Assembly: GCF_006345805.1 (NCBI RefSeq)
Contig: NC_043001.1
Coordinates: 35,030,001-35,094,000, forward strand
DNA: 64,000 nt
Direction of reading: 5' to 3'
DNA from: Octopus sinensis
Taxonomy: Eukaryota
The position numbers were made by a program, and so were the translations under genes. The stretch's first letter is position 1. Each line of letters opens with the position of its first letter. This document shows, one piece after another, positions 39,521 to 52,176 of the stretch. The notes under the pieces were generated by a model that did no database searches, was not told the origin of the DNA, and saw only the letters and a program-made list of their open reading frames with translations.

Positions 39521-41919
39521 TTATTACAATTAAATAACGAACCATAGTTTATTATATTTAACACATGTTACACGCGTACCTGCAAGCACACACGCACATA
39601 TAAAAATATATGCGCATATTGTATCAGCGGAGAAAAACGTATCATATCGCAGTCGGGTTAACCTCAACGTCAATAAGTAAACAATGCAATATATTTGTGT
39701 AAATGCAGACCCTACTTGAAGCGGTGTCATTTTAAAAACGCATCAAAGCTATTATGCATCCTACGTATTTAAACCGAATTACCTGAGCCTCACACGCATG
39801 GGGATAAATATTCTGAGCCACATGTTGATGAACAAATTGACACGTTGAAATTACCTTAATGCATGCTTATACCAAGTCAATTTTCTTCACACTACGTCCA
39901 ACAGAATTGTTCTGATTTAAGCCGTCTAGACTAGATAAATCTTCTACTAGCCTAATTACTTTTAAATGCGACTGTAAAACTATGTATTGGTTTCTAATTG
40001 CATTGCATTACTAAAATTTCACTGATGCGCAGTACAACCTAAGAAAACACAAAATATATAGTTTTAGGATTTAGTTGAAATATTTTGAAGCTTCGTTACC
40101 GCTAACACACGAATACATACAAGAACAAAGAAATAAATTATATATTATCTGTACTTGAGTTTTGAAAAATGTGAATTAAATCATCCATGAAATGGTATTG
40201 CAATGATAAAATAACACAAATGGTGCACGGAAAACCATGAAAAATAAGTTTCTCCAAAAATACTTTTATAAATCTATTCCTTCAATGAATCACCTCTACA
40301 AGAAACAAAACATTATCTTTAAGTAGCATAAACCAATTATATACCTGAATAGATAAAATAAGAATCTAAATAGATCAAATGCATACAGTCGGATTTGCTA
40401 TAGTTTAATATATTCCAGTATTATCTGTTGGTAATAACATTACCAAGAATAGAACCTAGTATTATACCCTCCTCATAATCTCTAATGTTCATATCTTTTA
40501 AGTCTTTACATTTTACTTGTTTCAGTCACTGGACAGCGACCATAGTAGGGCACTGCCTTGAATGATTATAAATGAAAAACCCTGTATACATACCAACGCA
40601 TAATTTATACACGTACTTACATGCAGATACACATGCATTTATATGGATACGAAAACACACACGCACATACACACACACACGCACATACACACACACACAC
40701 ACACATACACACACACCGATCGATGTTTGCAAGTGTTCATATAATCACGTTAATTTCAAATTCGCAACTCTGTAATTTTAAAAATTATTAGAAATTAACT
40801 TTGCCTCACTTGGATTTACACTAAATCTATACATCCTCGTCTCGATGTCAATGCATAAAATATTAGAGGCTCCATTCGACAGTGTCGCTATGAAATGCAA
40901 CATTCTATGTAACTCATGACAATGATAGCATCCAGCTGTGTGCTCCCAAATTGATCGTTTGCGAAAAAAAAAACACTACATTACTGAACGAATGACATAA
41001 ATTCATGGAAATTAAGCGGGAAAATGTAAATATTTCTTAAATGATATTTCTATAAAATGAATATGAAATATATTTTATAACAAGAAAAGAAAAGTTAAAC
41101 TGAATCTTTTCATATCTGAGAGATACTTCAACCATATTCCTATGCATACACCTTAGTGAAAAATGTTGTATGGCGTACTGAGTTGAAAATGTTGGTGAAT
41201 GTGAAGAGCAAAGCCTGACAGACAGACGTCATATGCTATTTTTCTGATATATGCTTTTGTGATCTAACTTTAAAAATGATACAGAGAAATTTAAACTTGA
41301 CGTATATGTTACAGCTTTGCCAAGAGGCGTGATAGTGGTTTGTGTTTGTTCAAGAACTTGATTTTATGATTTCAGTTTTTGATCTGTGTGTACAGGAATG
41401 GTTAGCATCCGAAAGTCTTTAAAGTATTAGCAATAATCTGATTTGATCAATCGGTTTTATTTATAAAAATAGTAAGAATTAAGCTCAAATATTGTTCGGC
41501 GTTATTACTACGTGGAATGAGAGAAATACAGTTGAAAATCTGTAACATTCTGGAGAAACTGTTTAAGGCTGTACATTTCTTATTACAAATACATTTGATT
41601 ACTGTAATGTACTTAATTTGGAAAATGTGAAATATCAGCAGAAAACCTGGTTGTACATCAACCTTTAACATGGAGTTGTGAATATAAATGCAATGCGGTA
41701 TAATAACTACGAAATTGTGGAATCAATGAACTGGAAGTAATTAGAAGAAAAAGTGGGGCTTGTAGCATGTGATGTCTAATGAATTTAGGAAGGTTATAAT
41801 TCGAAAACAAGCATAAAGTACTTACAATGAAATATGAAAAGACATAATGTAACACATCAAATTTAAACATAGCCGAAATGTTGTGACCAAGAGAAGTTCT
41901 TAATTTATACGCCCGCATA

Positions 41920-42240
41920 AGGCTAGCAGAATCGTTATATCGCCGAGCAAAATGCTTAGCGGTGTTTTGTCCGTTTCTACGTTCTGAGTTCATATTCCGT
42001 CGAGGATGACTTTGCCTTTCAATTTTGCGAGGTCAATAAACTAAGCACTGGGGGTCGATGTAATCGACTTATCCCTCTCGCGTAATTGCTGACTTTGTCC
42101 CAAAAGTTGACACCAATTTGTGCACATGAACAAAGTTGCAAGCTGGTAGTATCTTTAGCGCAAGTTTGACTTTCATCCTTTCGGGATTGACAAAAAGAAA
42201 CTACCGGTTGAACACTGAGTACGATGTAATCGACTAACCA
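41920..42240. mobile_element. SINE family A copy plus an adjacent fragment
   Basis: ggctagcagaatcgtta..gttctgagttcatattcc..gactttgcctttc; second piece tttcatcctttcggg at about 42170. Confidence 0.65.
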
Positions 42241-42294
42241 CATACCTCAAAGTTTCAGGACATGTCCGTATAGTTGAAAGAGTTTTAACATACA

Positions 42295-42362
<68 letters not shown>

Positions 42363-42365
<3 letters not shown>

Positions 42366-42528
42366 GATAAGAAAATGAAGAAATACATCTAAATCAAATA
42401 TCAATTACCAGATAATACTCAATCACATACTTTATTAAACCACCACATAAGATACTGTAGGGTTAAATATAAAAAGCAGAACGTAATTGATATTTGATTT
42501 AGATGTATTTCTCCATTTTCTTATCTTG
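42363..42528. mobile_element. 166-bp Tc1/mariner-type MITE
   Basis: 43-bp arms 42366-42408 and 42483-42525 with 1 mismatch; CA..TG termini; TA on both sides. Confidence 0.8.
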
Positions 42529-42697
42529 TATTAATAATTTGTGGTAAATCATTTTACCTTTGCCCATATAATACAGTAAATGAATTGATTGCATCGCAAT
42601 CATTAACATTTATGTATTAACTTTGTTGGGTACTTCACTAGTAGTATATTGGATATATGTTATTCCATGGAGGGTTGCATTTACAACCCCTATCTCA

Positions 42698-42741
<44 letters not shown>

Positions 42742-42744
<3 letters not shown>

Positions 42745-42897
42745 GACAGGCTTCTCCCAATTTCCTTCAACTAAATCAACTCAGAAGGCTTTGGTCGACC
42801 CGAGGCTATAACAGAAGACACATCCCCAAGGTACCACGCAGTGAGACTGAACTCGGGATCATGTAGTTGAGAAGCAAACTTCTTACTACACAGCCAC
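42742..42897 (-). mobile_element. SINE family B 5' half
   Basis: Head to the internal TA run. Confidence 0.8.
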
Positions 42898-44521
42898 TTA
42901 TATACATGATTTTTATAAATATATTTATATACACATATATTTACATAAATGCTTTCATGAATCTATTTATGTATAAAACTTTTACGAGATCTTTTAATAA
43001 CACGCGTTAGACTGTGAGTCATATCTAAAATATTTCAGGGAAAAAAAGGATCAGTAGTAAAGATTTAAATACTTATCAATCGATGGTGGTCTGTAATCTT
43101 GAAAGACAAATTTCCAATACAAGTGTATACGAGCAGCTGTGTCAGTATGCGTTCGTTAATGCATGTATTTTATTGGATATGTATTATTTATGCACGTGGG
43201 GATTAATACATTAGCTGAGGATTATGTTTGTATTAATGAAGTACAGACATGTCAGTGAAATAAAAACAACTTGTTCAGATTTCCCATAATATCGAAGTAC
43301 CAAGATAGTGAATAATAAATAGTTTTAGATGTAGTCTGACAAAAGACAGAAAGTGAAAGGAAGTGTGTTAGGGTATGTGTGTATGTGATTAAATGTGAAG
43401 AATTAAGATATATAAATTTATACATTTTCATGAAGAATGCCAATATTTTGTATTTTTCTGTTTTCCTATCGGTATGCATATATGTATGTACATATGAATG
43501 TGTGTGTCTGTGGGTTTGCATCTGTGTGTGCCGTTGAGTGTGCGTCTGTGAATGCGTGGTTATAAAAAAATAGGATTTGTTTGGAAAAAATAAGATATTT
43601 GGAGATATTCAGATACTAATGTAGTATGTTTAAGAAGGAAATGAACTCATTATCAGATTCGAAGTGTTTAATTACGTTTCTATAATCAACTATGTGTTTA
43701 TGAAGGCTAAAATTTCCCAATACAATTTCTCATAAATTGAACCTCTTGCTTTAAGGCTGCTTTGACGAAATGAATTTCGAGTTGCAGTTGTTTTGTAAAA
43801 CATGGACACCACACGCAAAAAGAAAAAAAAAATAGAAGGCTGTAGTAGGTCTCTACCTCTATTTGAAACCCGAATGTTTATTTTGTAAACGCTAAACAAG
43901 ACCTTATGTCTCTCAGAAGTTATACATCAAATCCCTGACGTAAGAGAAATTTAAGACAAATCAGCAATTTTTCGATTGAAAATCAGCAAAGCTTTGAGTA
44001 TGTTGATCACCACTTATGAAATGCGTAGGAGACAACGAACAGGGTCACAAACGGACACGTCATATAGAGCTGAACAGAGAGATAGAGGAGAAATGTTGTT
44101 ATGTAGCAAGTTAGATACGTGGTTAAGTTGTAGTTTGTTCAATATTGGTTATTTGTTGACAACTTCACTCACCTGCAAAAGATTCTACAGCACCCGACTA
44201 TCAAACTACAGCTAAATCCATCACAGCAGGGGACATTATATTTCTTTCATCTATATACGAGTACACAAACTGTCCGACTAAATTATCAATACGAGCAAGA
44301 TATTCCATTAAGGAATCAAGGCACAACATTAGTCTTATTTTAACGCACAGGACCCTTTCCAGGGATTGTCATGTTCCATTTTCGGATATTAAAACAAAAC
44401 AAACAATGAACTTAAACAACGAAGTACTCTTATTTTTCTCTGGACATTTTCAGCATCGTAAAGGTCGAAAGTAATGCGAAAAAAGAAAAACACCTCATTT
44501 AATTGAAGTTTTGTCTCTTGT

Positions 44522-44697
44522 CTGTGTGGTAAGTAGCTTGCTTACGAACTAAATGGTTCCGGGTTCAGTCCCACTACGTGGCACCTCGAGCAACTGTCTC
44601 CTACTATAGGCTCGGGCCGACCAAAGCCTTGTGAGTGGATTTGGTAGACGGAAACTGAAAGAAGCCCGTCGTATATATGTATATATATGTATGTGTG
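44522..44697 (+). mobile_element. SINE family B 5' half
   Basis: Head to the internal TA/TG run, where the HHR element begins. Confidence 0.8.
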
Positions 44698-45339
44698 TGG
44701 AATTTTCTCTGATTTTTCAGATTTCTATATGCTAGGCTACTGGTTTTAAATTGATATTAATTAAATTAATATTCAATTTATCTCCCTCATTATTTAAATG
44801 TTAAAATAATTATGTTCTCTAATAGGCAACATTAACTGCAATAAATTATTTGCTGCAGAATTGTTTCCGGAATTTAGCGCGCCAGAACTCAGACATTTGA
44901 AATTAACCACAATGTAATCGGTGGAACTAAGCACGTGTCTAGTATTATACAGAAAACTAGTGGTTAGTTTTACAAATTATATTGTTTTTGGAACGATCGT
45001 ACTGATGAATCTACGGATGAAGGATTACGTAAGTAATTTATTCGGTAATAGACGAAACCGGTATACGATTAATTCTTGATTTTTATATAATTTTCATCTG
45101 TCTTGCCCGCCTATGTTCTGGTGTTCGCTAAATTTTCTCTGGAGAACATTCTTTCTTTGTAGTTAGATCGTATGTGATCTATTTCTAGCATATGGCTGCC
45201 CACATAGTGGTTTTTAGCCCTAAATATACACATGTATTGGAATTTTCTCTGAATTTTCAGATTTTTATATGCTAGGCTACTGGTTTTAAATTGATATTAA
45301 TTAAATTAATATTCAATTTATCTCCCTCATTATTTAAAT
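44698..45339 (+). mobile_element. Terminally redundant 540-bp-period HHR element (retrozyme-like or PLE pLTR-derived)
   Basis: 102-bp direct repeats 44698-44799 and 45238-45339, 2 mismatches; central HHR. Confidence 0.75.
44995..45070 (+). ncRNA. Type I hammerhead fold
   Basis: gatcgta|ctgatga|a-tcta..attac-gtaa-gtaat..taga-c|gaaa|ccggta|tacgatt. Confidence 0.75.
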
Positions 45340-45439
45340 ATATATATATATGTATACACACACATATATACAGTATACATACACACAATATGAAATCCCC
45401 CCCTTCCTGACAGGTATAAACACTCAGCTGTTGTATATT

Positions 45440-45597
45440 TGAAGAAGAAAGGGAAGAATAGGAAAAAAAGGAAGAAGAGAAGAAGAAAAAAGAAGGAAAG
45501 AGGAAGAACAAGGAGAAGAAATCAAAGAAGAAAGAGAAGAAGAAAAAGAAAATGAAGAAGAAGAAGAAGAAGAAGAAGAAGAAGAAGAAGAAGAAGA
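45440..45597. repeat. (GAA)n-rich repeat
   Basis: Direct reading. Confidence 0.9.
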
Positions 45598-46059
45598 GAT
45601 GGGAATAAAGTTAGATAATTGCAATGACTTCGAATTGCCTTGCTGTATAATTGCTATCAAGTATCTTGTGGACATTCTGAAAACACCAAAGAGTAGTATA
45701 ACTAATGGAGAAGAACAGGAAGATAATTAATTGAACTAAATTTATATAATCTGCGTGGAATTCTTTTCATGTCCATATTTTATCTTTTCTTTAATGATTG
45801 ACAATACACTTTAATTAATGTTGACAACGTTTAACCGTAGTTCGATGCGTTGTTGTTTGATACAAGACTGCAGTAAGCTTGTTGAATCATAACTGTGCTT
45901 GAAGAAATACTAGCTTGCATTTCTTCTGGTTCCTTACGTTACGAGTTCAATTATATATAAAATCTATGCAAGAATTGTTTTAGCGTTGGTACATTATTCG
46001 CCGCACTATATCTGCAGTGGAATTACACATCAGTGAAAGTCAGTGCATTTCGAATAAAG

Positions 46060-46400
46060 TATTGGCTTGTCCGGAAAGTTCGTGCCAATATATAATAGCT
46101 TAGCTTTCGACTCATTTTAGAACATTGTTGAGTTCATAAAATAGGATTTGACTACATCTCCATTTAGGGTACAGTTTAAGCTATCTTTTCGTGGAAGAAG
46201 GTTTATGTTCCTATAACTTGTGTTAATTCTGTAACCCTTTAAAATAGAAGATAAGAAAGTTCATTCTCGGCACTTGATGTTTATGGAACCAGACAAACAT
46301 TGCTGCAGCTCGGCTGGGATGTTACCCCACCCTCCATATTCACCAGATATTGCTCCTTTGGATTTCCACTTATTCAGGTCTCTGCAGCATAGCCGGAATT
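46060..46400 (+). mobile_element. Internally deleted mariner
   Basis: TIR-like tattggcttgtccggaaagttcgtgcc; IEDKKVHSRHLM start region joined to QTLLQLGWDV..HPPYSPDIAPLDFHLFRSLQH. Confidence 0.75.
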
Positions 46401-48152
46401 GCAAAAACAATTGTAGCAAAATCTGCCAGCAATATTTAAGCTAGAGCTTTGCCTTTGAAGTTTTCATAAAGAAACATAAAACAATATTTTCATATTAACG
46501 TATTCATACACATGCCACACGAACAAACATTTATATACATATATATGTGTATGTGTACAAACACATATATTTTGATGCATAAGTGTAAATGGGTGCTTGT
46601 TCAGACAAAAACAAAAAAAATAGTGCACTCAGTACAATATATGGACTAATTACCTATGTAGTCTTAATCCAGAGTTTTATGAGTACGAAACACATGATTA
46701 ATTTATTCGTAGTGAAACCTTGACGTCATTCGGATCGTATGTGATTTTATATTAACAGCTGTTAGACTATATTTCTATGAGATAAACTGCATCAGATGAT
46801 GAAATTTATTGCAGGGCTGGATGCTTTACTAAGATGAGAAGTATTATAAGAATGTGAAAACAATACTATGATGTACGTGAAATAATTCCACCTAGAAAAA
46901 TTATTGATGGGAATCGAATTTATTCTTGGATATTCCTTGGCATTATTTCTAGATTTGTTGAGCAGAACTGACTCCAAACAAAGCTCTGTCAACAGTTATA
47001 GATCAAATCAGGAATGTCCTTTACTTGTCGTCCAGTAGGGAAATTTTCAACAGGTTAAACCATTGCACTATCGAGGCTCCTGTAAGAAAGGCTTTTTCTG
47101 AAATGTTAGGATATATAAATTTCTCAGTGATTATAACCCGGAGAAAAACAAATGAAGATTATTCGGGCCTAATCACATTCATGAATTAAATATTACTACA
47201 AAAGTTGCCTGGAAGTTTCTGGGACTTCTATGGTATAGATTCTGAGATTCCTTAATGAAAAGCTTTTGAAATGTTAGCTGTTCTTCGTACTAACATTACT
47301 TCAACGATTATACAGCGCAACTAATCTTTCACATTACCTACCCTAGCAAATTACTTGCAATTGCCAAAAGTATTCACGTATTTGTTCAAGAGATTTTTGC
47401 TTTTCCAAAACTGCTGGATATAAAGAAAATTCACTACACCTGAATGAAACTATTCAGACCTTACCACCACCATCTGCTAAGGAGAGTATGTCTAAAAACT
47501 GAATGCGATTTGGTTCCTGGGACGTGCTAAACAATATTCCATGCCATGTCGATTTACGATAATTGAAACAATACATGACCTTTCACAGAATAATCAAGAA
47601 CATCGTTGATAATAACCCCGCCTCACCATCATGAATAGCGTAATTGAAGATTATACCTGCCTGGGATGTCCAACATCCCCAAATAGCCTACGGAGTTTCT
47701 GAACAAGTAATCTGTAGTGCACTCTATCTGTTATCCAATATCAGGTATTTTTTTTTCTCGGGTTACATCCAGCAGATTGTCTCAGAAGATAAACCAGGAA
47801 ATATCGAGTAGTTATTTCCCTTATGAATGAATGTTCTTGGCCAAATTATTAGATGGTGCATTAACATTCTAATAACGTTTCGCAGTTTGTTAGTTTCCAC
47901 CATTTGATTCAGCTTGATCAATGAAACTTTTATCCTATCAGCGACCAAAAAGAACTATCTTTCGCACGGATTGTGACTAAGGTTCCAAGTTCCATAAATC
48001 GCAGACATTTGACAAATTAGGCTTGTCTTTCTTTTTACTTGTGAACCTCTGAGTGCTATCCATGGGAATACTTAACTACTTATTTACATACGTACACAAC
48101 AGCATATGTACATTATGTATGTATGTATGTATGTATGTATATGTCATGTAAG

Positions 48153-48213
<61 letters not shown>

Positions 48214-48215
<2 letters not shown>

Positions 48216-48347
48216 AGAATTCACGAAACAAAAGACGAAGACAACGTGGTGTAGAAAACAAACAGATGTATTAGTATAACGCTCAAGAATTGAAAAATGT
48301 CTAACGTTTCGAGCCTACGCTCTTCCCCAGAAAGGAACTCAGAAAGA
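48214..48347 (-). mobile_element. Family H1, copy 3 (fold 48298-48335), (TA)n on both sides
   Basis: ccttt|ctgggga|a|gagc-gtag-gctc|gaaa|cgtt|agac. Confidence 0.7.
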
Positions 48348-48394
48348 AACATATATATATGTGTATACAGACACACACAGACACACAAACACAC

Positions 48395-48462
<68 letters not shown>

Positions 48463-49825
48463 CATATATATATACACACGTGTGTGTATTAACATGCTTT
48501 TCCTTATTTGTGACAACCACATGTAAACGTAACTGAAATCTTGCTCATGCATTCAGAAATAACGGATTACATTCATCTACTCATTATTATATTTACGTGT
48601 GTATCTATACGTGTGAGTGCGTATGTATATATTTGTGCCTGTTAAAGTAAATATTCCAGGTATATAGTGAAAGAAATATTCAGTACATATATACGCACTA
48701 TTACTCAAATAGATTTTCCTATTTTAATCAATATCAATTCTCTCTTCAAATTAGACTTACACATGGGTATTCTCGAAGCACACATGCACTCACATAGGTG
48801 TGTGTTCTCAAGCTCTCACAGGTACACGTAGGAAGAAACGCATGGTTATGCGCACTTGAACTCACAAATATGCAAGTATGTACAAGAAATTTAAACGCAC
48901 TTCCATGAACTATCAATGTATTCTCACAATCTTATACATTAACATACTCGTGCATATATTGGCAGCGTTGAAGAAACCTTCGAAATATTTCTCTAGTGAA
49001 TTTTAATGGATAATATTTCACGCAACTCTCTGCAGAAATAGAATACCGAATATAAGGTGAATTGGCAGCCGATATCAAGTTTTATTCCACCTACGGAGAA
49101 TTGGCATTCAGAACCATCATTCCTTCCAATCAGAATTTATCCTTCTTTAAGTTTCTCATTCTTTCATCTCTTCATTCTTAGGATTATTTCTATGCCTGTA
49201 GCAAATTATCAAATTTGCAAACGATCTATTATGGCCTAAATTTGTAATGCTTCAATCTCATTAACATGGCGATTACTTTTCTTCTCTTTTAGCTCAATCC
49301 ACCATCGCAGTAACACAACACCACACTGTACCTGCATAAACCAGAAAACAAACATATTACACTCGCAGGTCTTATGTCTTCGATGTTTAATTTTCTTTAT
49401 GTAAATAAATCAAATTTCTCATCAAATAAACAAATATTTTCACATAATACTTTGCATTTCTGCTCCTTTCAACAGAGTAACAAAGGAAAGGAGATTCTGT
49501 TGGTATTAGGTTTAAATCTTCAGTTTCAATAATAAAAGCAATGCTGTTAACAGAAGAAATAGAGATGCGAGTGATTTAAAACTTAAAATGAAATAAAATT
49601 CCTGGTCATATAAAGAGATTTTATTTCTGCAAAATGAAGAAAGAATCAGATTCGAATTGTAAATGAAAGAAAAAAACTGTTTACATATCTAATTAGCCTC
49701 TATGAAGTCGGTCTATCTGCTAGACAAAAATAAAAATAAAATTGTACAAAAAATATACAAATAAACATTCTTCGCTATACTATTTTGTTTCTGAATAATA
49801 TCGAACGATATTATTCAGGTACAAA

Positions 49826-50400
49826 GGTGGCGAGCTGGCAGAAACGTTAGCACGCCGGACGAAATGCTGTTACGTTCTGAGTTCAAATTCCGCCGAGGTC
49901 GACTTTGCCTGTCATCCTTTCGGGGTCGATAAATTAAGTACCAGTTTCGTACCGGGATCGATCTAATAAACTGGCCTCCTCCCCCAAAATTTCGGCATTG
50001 TGCCTAGAGTAGGATAGCATATTATTTAGGTGTGGCTGTGTGGTAAGAAGCTTGCTTACCAACCACATGGTTCCGGGTTCAGTCCTACTGCGTGGCACCT
50101 TGGGCAAGTGTTTTCTGCTAAAGCCTTGTGAGTGGATTTGGCAGAAGGAAACTGAAAGAAGCCCGCCGCATATATATCTATATGTATATATATGTGTTTG
50201 TTATTTGTATCTTTGTTTGTCTCCCACCATCGGTTGACAACCGATGCTGGTGTGTCCCCGTTACTTAGTAGTTCGGCAAAAAGAGACCGATAGAATAAGT
50301 ACTAGGCTTAAAAAGAATGTCCTGGGGTCGATTTGGTCAACTAAAGGCGGTGCTCCAGCATGGCCACAGTCAAATGACTGAAACAAGTAAAAGAGTAGAG
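49826..50400 (+). mobile_element. Adjacent SINE A (49826-50012) and SINE B (50029-50400)
   Basis: Match to families A and B; the B copy has an internal deletion. Confidence 0.85.
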
Positions 50401-50550
50401 TACAACACTCGGTTTCATAGTGGTGCCGAACCACATCATCTCTCTCATCACTGAATCAAAACAAGATATGAAGTGTGTTATCATTCCTGTTCAAATTTTA
50501 GATGTTCCACTTACCCCACGTGTACATTAATATACAAAGCCACACACATG

Positions 50551-50650
<100 letters not shown>

Positions 50651-50655
50651 GTATG

Positions 50656-50854
50656 CAGGGTGACACAAAAGCAGGTTTACAGTTATAACGTAGACAATTT
50701 AAATTTCTTTTAAAACATTTTATATTTAAATTTCTATCTTACAATTAACTAAATTAGCATAGAATAATGGTTTCATTTTTTTTTTCATAATTAAGATCTA
50801 AACTGTTAATATATGAATGCGAACGAGATAGTTGAATAACTGTAAACCACCCTG
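50656..50854. mobile_element. Small Tc1/mariner-type MITE
   Basis: cagggtg..ggtttacagtt / aactgtaaacc..accctg|ta; the right TIR lacks about 11 bp. Confidence 0.6.
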
Positions 50855-51618
50855 TATATATAAATATATATGTGGGGGTGTGTATGCGTGTGTATGTGTG
50901 TGTATGTGTGTGTGTATGTATATACACACACAGAGAGAAATATAGTGTATTTAAGATCTAGTCTTTCTCTAGAAAGACTAGATCATAGGATCTAGTCTTT
51001 ATTATTTGCAAAAAATATTGCTTTCAATTTTAGTGTACGATGTAACTCTGAACTTTGATTACGATCAACCAATTACTTTATGACGTAAATAAAAGAACCT
51101 TATGTTATTTGACATCAAATTTAGGAAATTTGGTTAATTTTAGCCAATCAACAGACTGCGTGGATTTAGCAGCCTGTTACCATGACAACCACACACTGCG
51201 TTGTGTTTCAGTGTTGTCTGTGCCACTGTTGACTATGTTTAGTTTTCACAATTCTTCACACCACGAGATTCTTTTCACCTGCGTGTTTTGTTTTAAATTT
51301 TCTGTGTTAGTATATTACTTATTTTTCTGTGCTTCCGTATGTTAGTATTTTAAATATTAAGTTGGCCCCCGACTTGGTTGTCTATCTATGCCTGTTTATA
51401 TCGAGCACAAACTTGCACGAAGTACAGACGTCTGCGCGTTATTTAATATACATCTCAGGGAAAACAGCCTTCTTATATTCGATAAGCTCGGTGGCACCCT
51501 TGTGGTACATATTGTGGCAAACGTAAAACCGCGTGGTAATTTGTGGACGTGAATAAATTACATTCACGTACACACACATCCTGCCTTTCACATATACAGA
51601 TCTATGTATGTATGTATG

Positions 51619-52096
51619 TCGGCGACTAAACCGGCAACCCCACCAAGCATGCTTGGTGAGGAGGGTGTTTATTGGACACCCTGTGGGATGAATAACAAAA
51701 CCCGTCAAAGGGCGGAGGAACTCTTGAGAGTGAACGGTCATCTTAAGGCTGTATCATGGGCGGGGACATAGAAATATTCGGACTGAATACCCGATCCCGC
51801 GGTTAAACCATTGGGAGTGAAGGACTCCTAGCCTTTGTCAGGGCATCCTTCTAGTAGAAGGCAGCTCAGGTAACTGGGATAACTCCGATATGAAACCTGC
51901 GGCTCAGTGGTTACCGATGATGTTGACTTGTTCTTCTTTTCGTATTATGGCTGTTGTTGCTTAGTGAGTGGGATTGACTCAGTGCACAGCCTTTCCTCAC
52001 TTAAAAAAATATCTTCTTGCACAGTCATTGCACGATAACAACATTGATTAAGCTTCGTGCAATGGCCATACTCGATAACGAGGGGGCAGCCACCAT
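51619..52096 (+). mobile_element. GC-richer, hairpin-rich non-coding insertion within (TATG)n; RTE 5'-region-like
   Basis: (TATG)n on both sides; gggcatccttctagtagaagg resembles RTE 5' regions (recall only). Confidence 0.45.
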
Positions 52097-52176
52097 GTAT
52101 GTATGTATGTATGTATGTATGTATAAGAAAGTAAAATTGAAAGGTACCGCACAGGTAGAAATTTATAGGGAAGAGC

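Larger units (their letters stand above)
37164..39908. repeat. Long inverted repeat: about 347-bp arms (37164-37510, 39561-39908), about 2-kb spacer
   Basis: Arms are reverse complements along their length, e.g. catcaacatgtggctcagaatatttatccc / gggataaatattctgagccacatgttgatg. Confidence 0.9.

Noticed and set aside
47560-48060. Possible pogo/DDE transposase relic on the minus strand (NAPS.., IFPGLSS..LDV)
   Set aside because: Only two weak motifs in different frames, which is insufficient without an HMM search.
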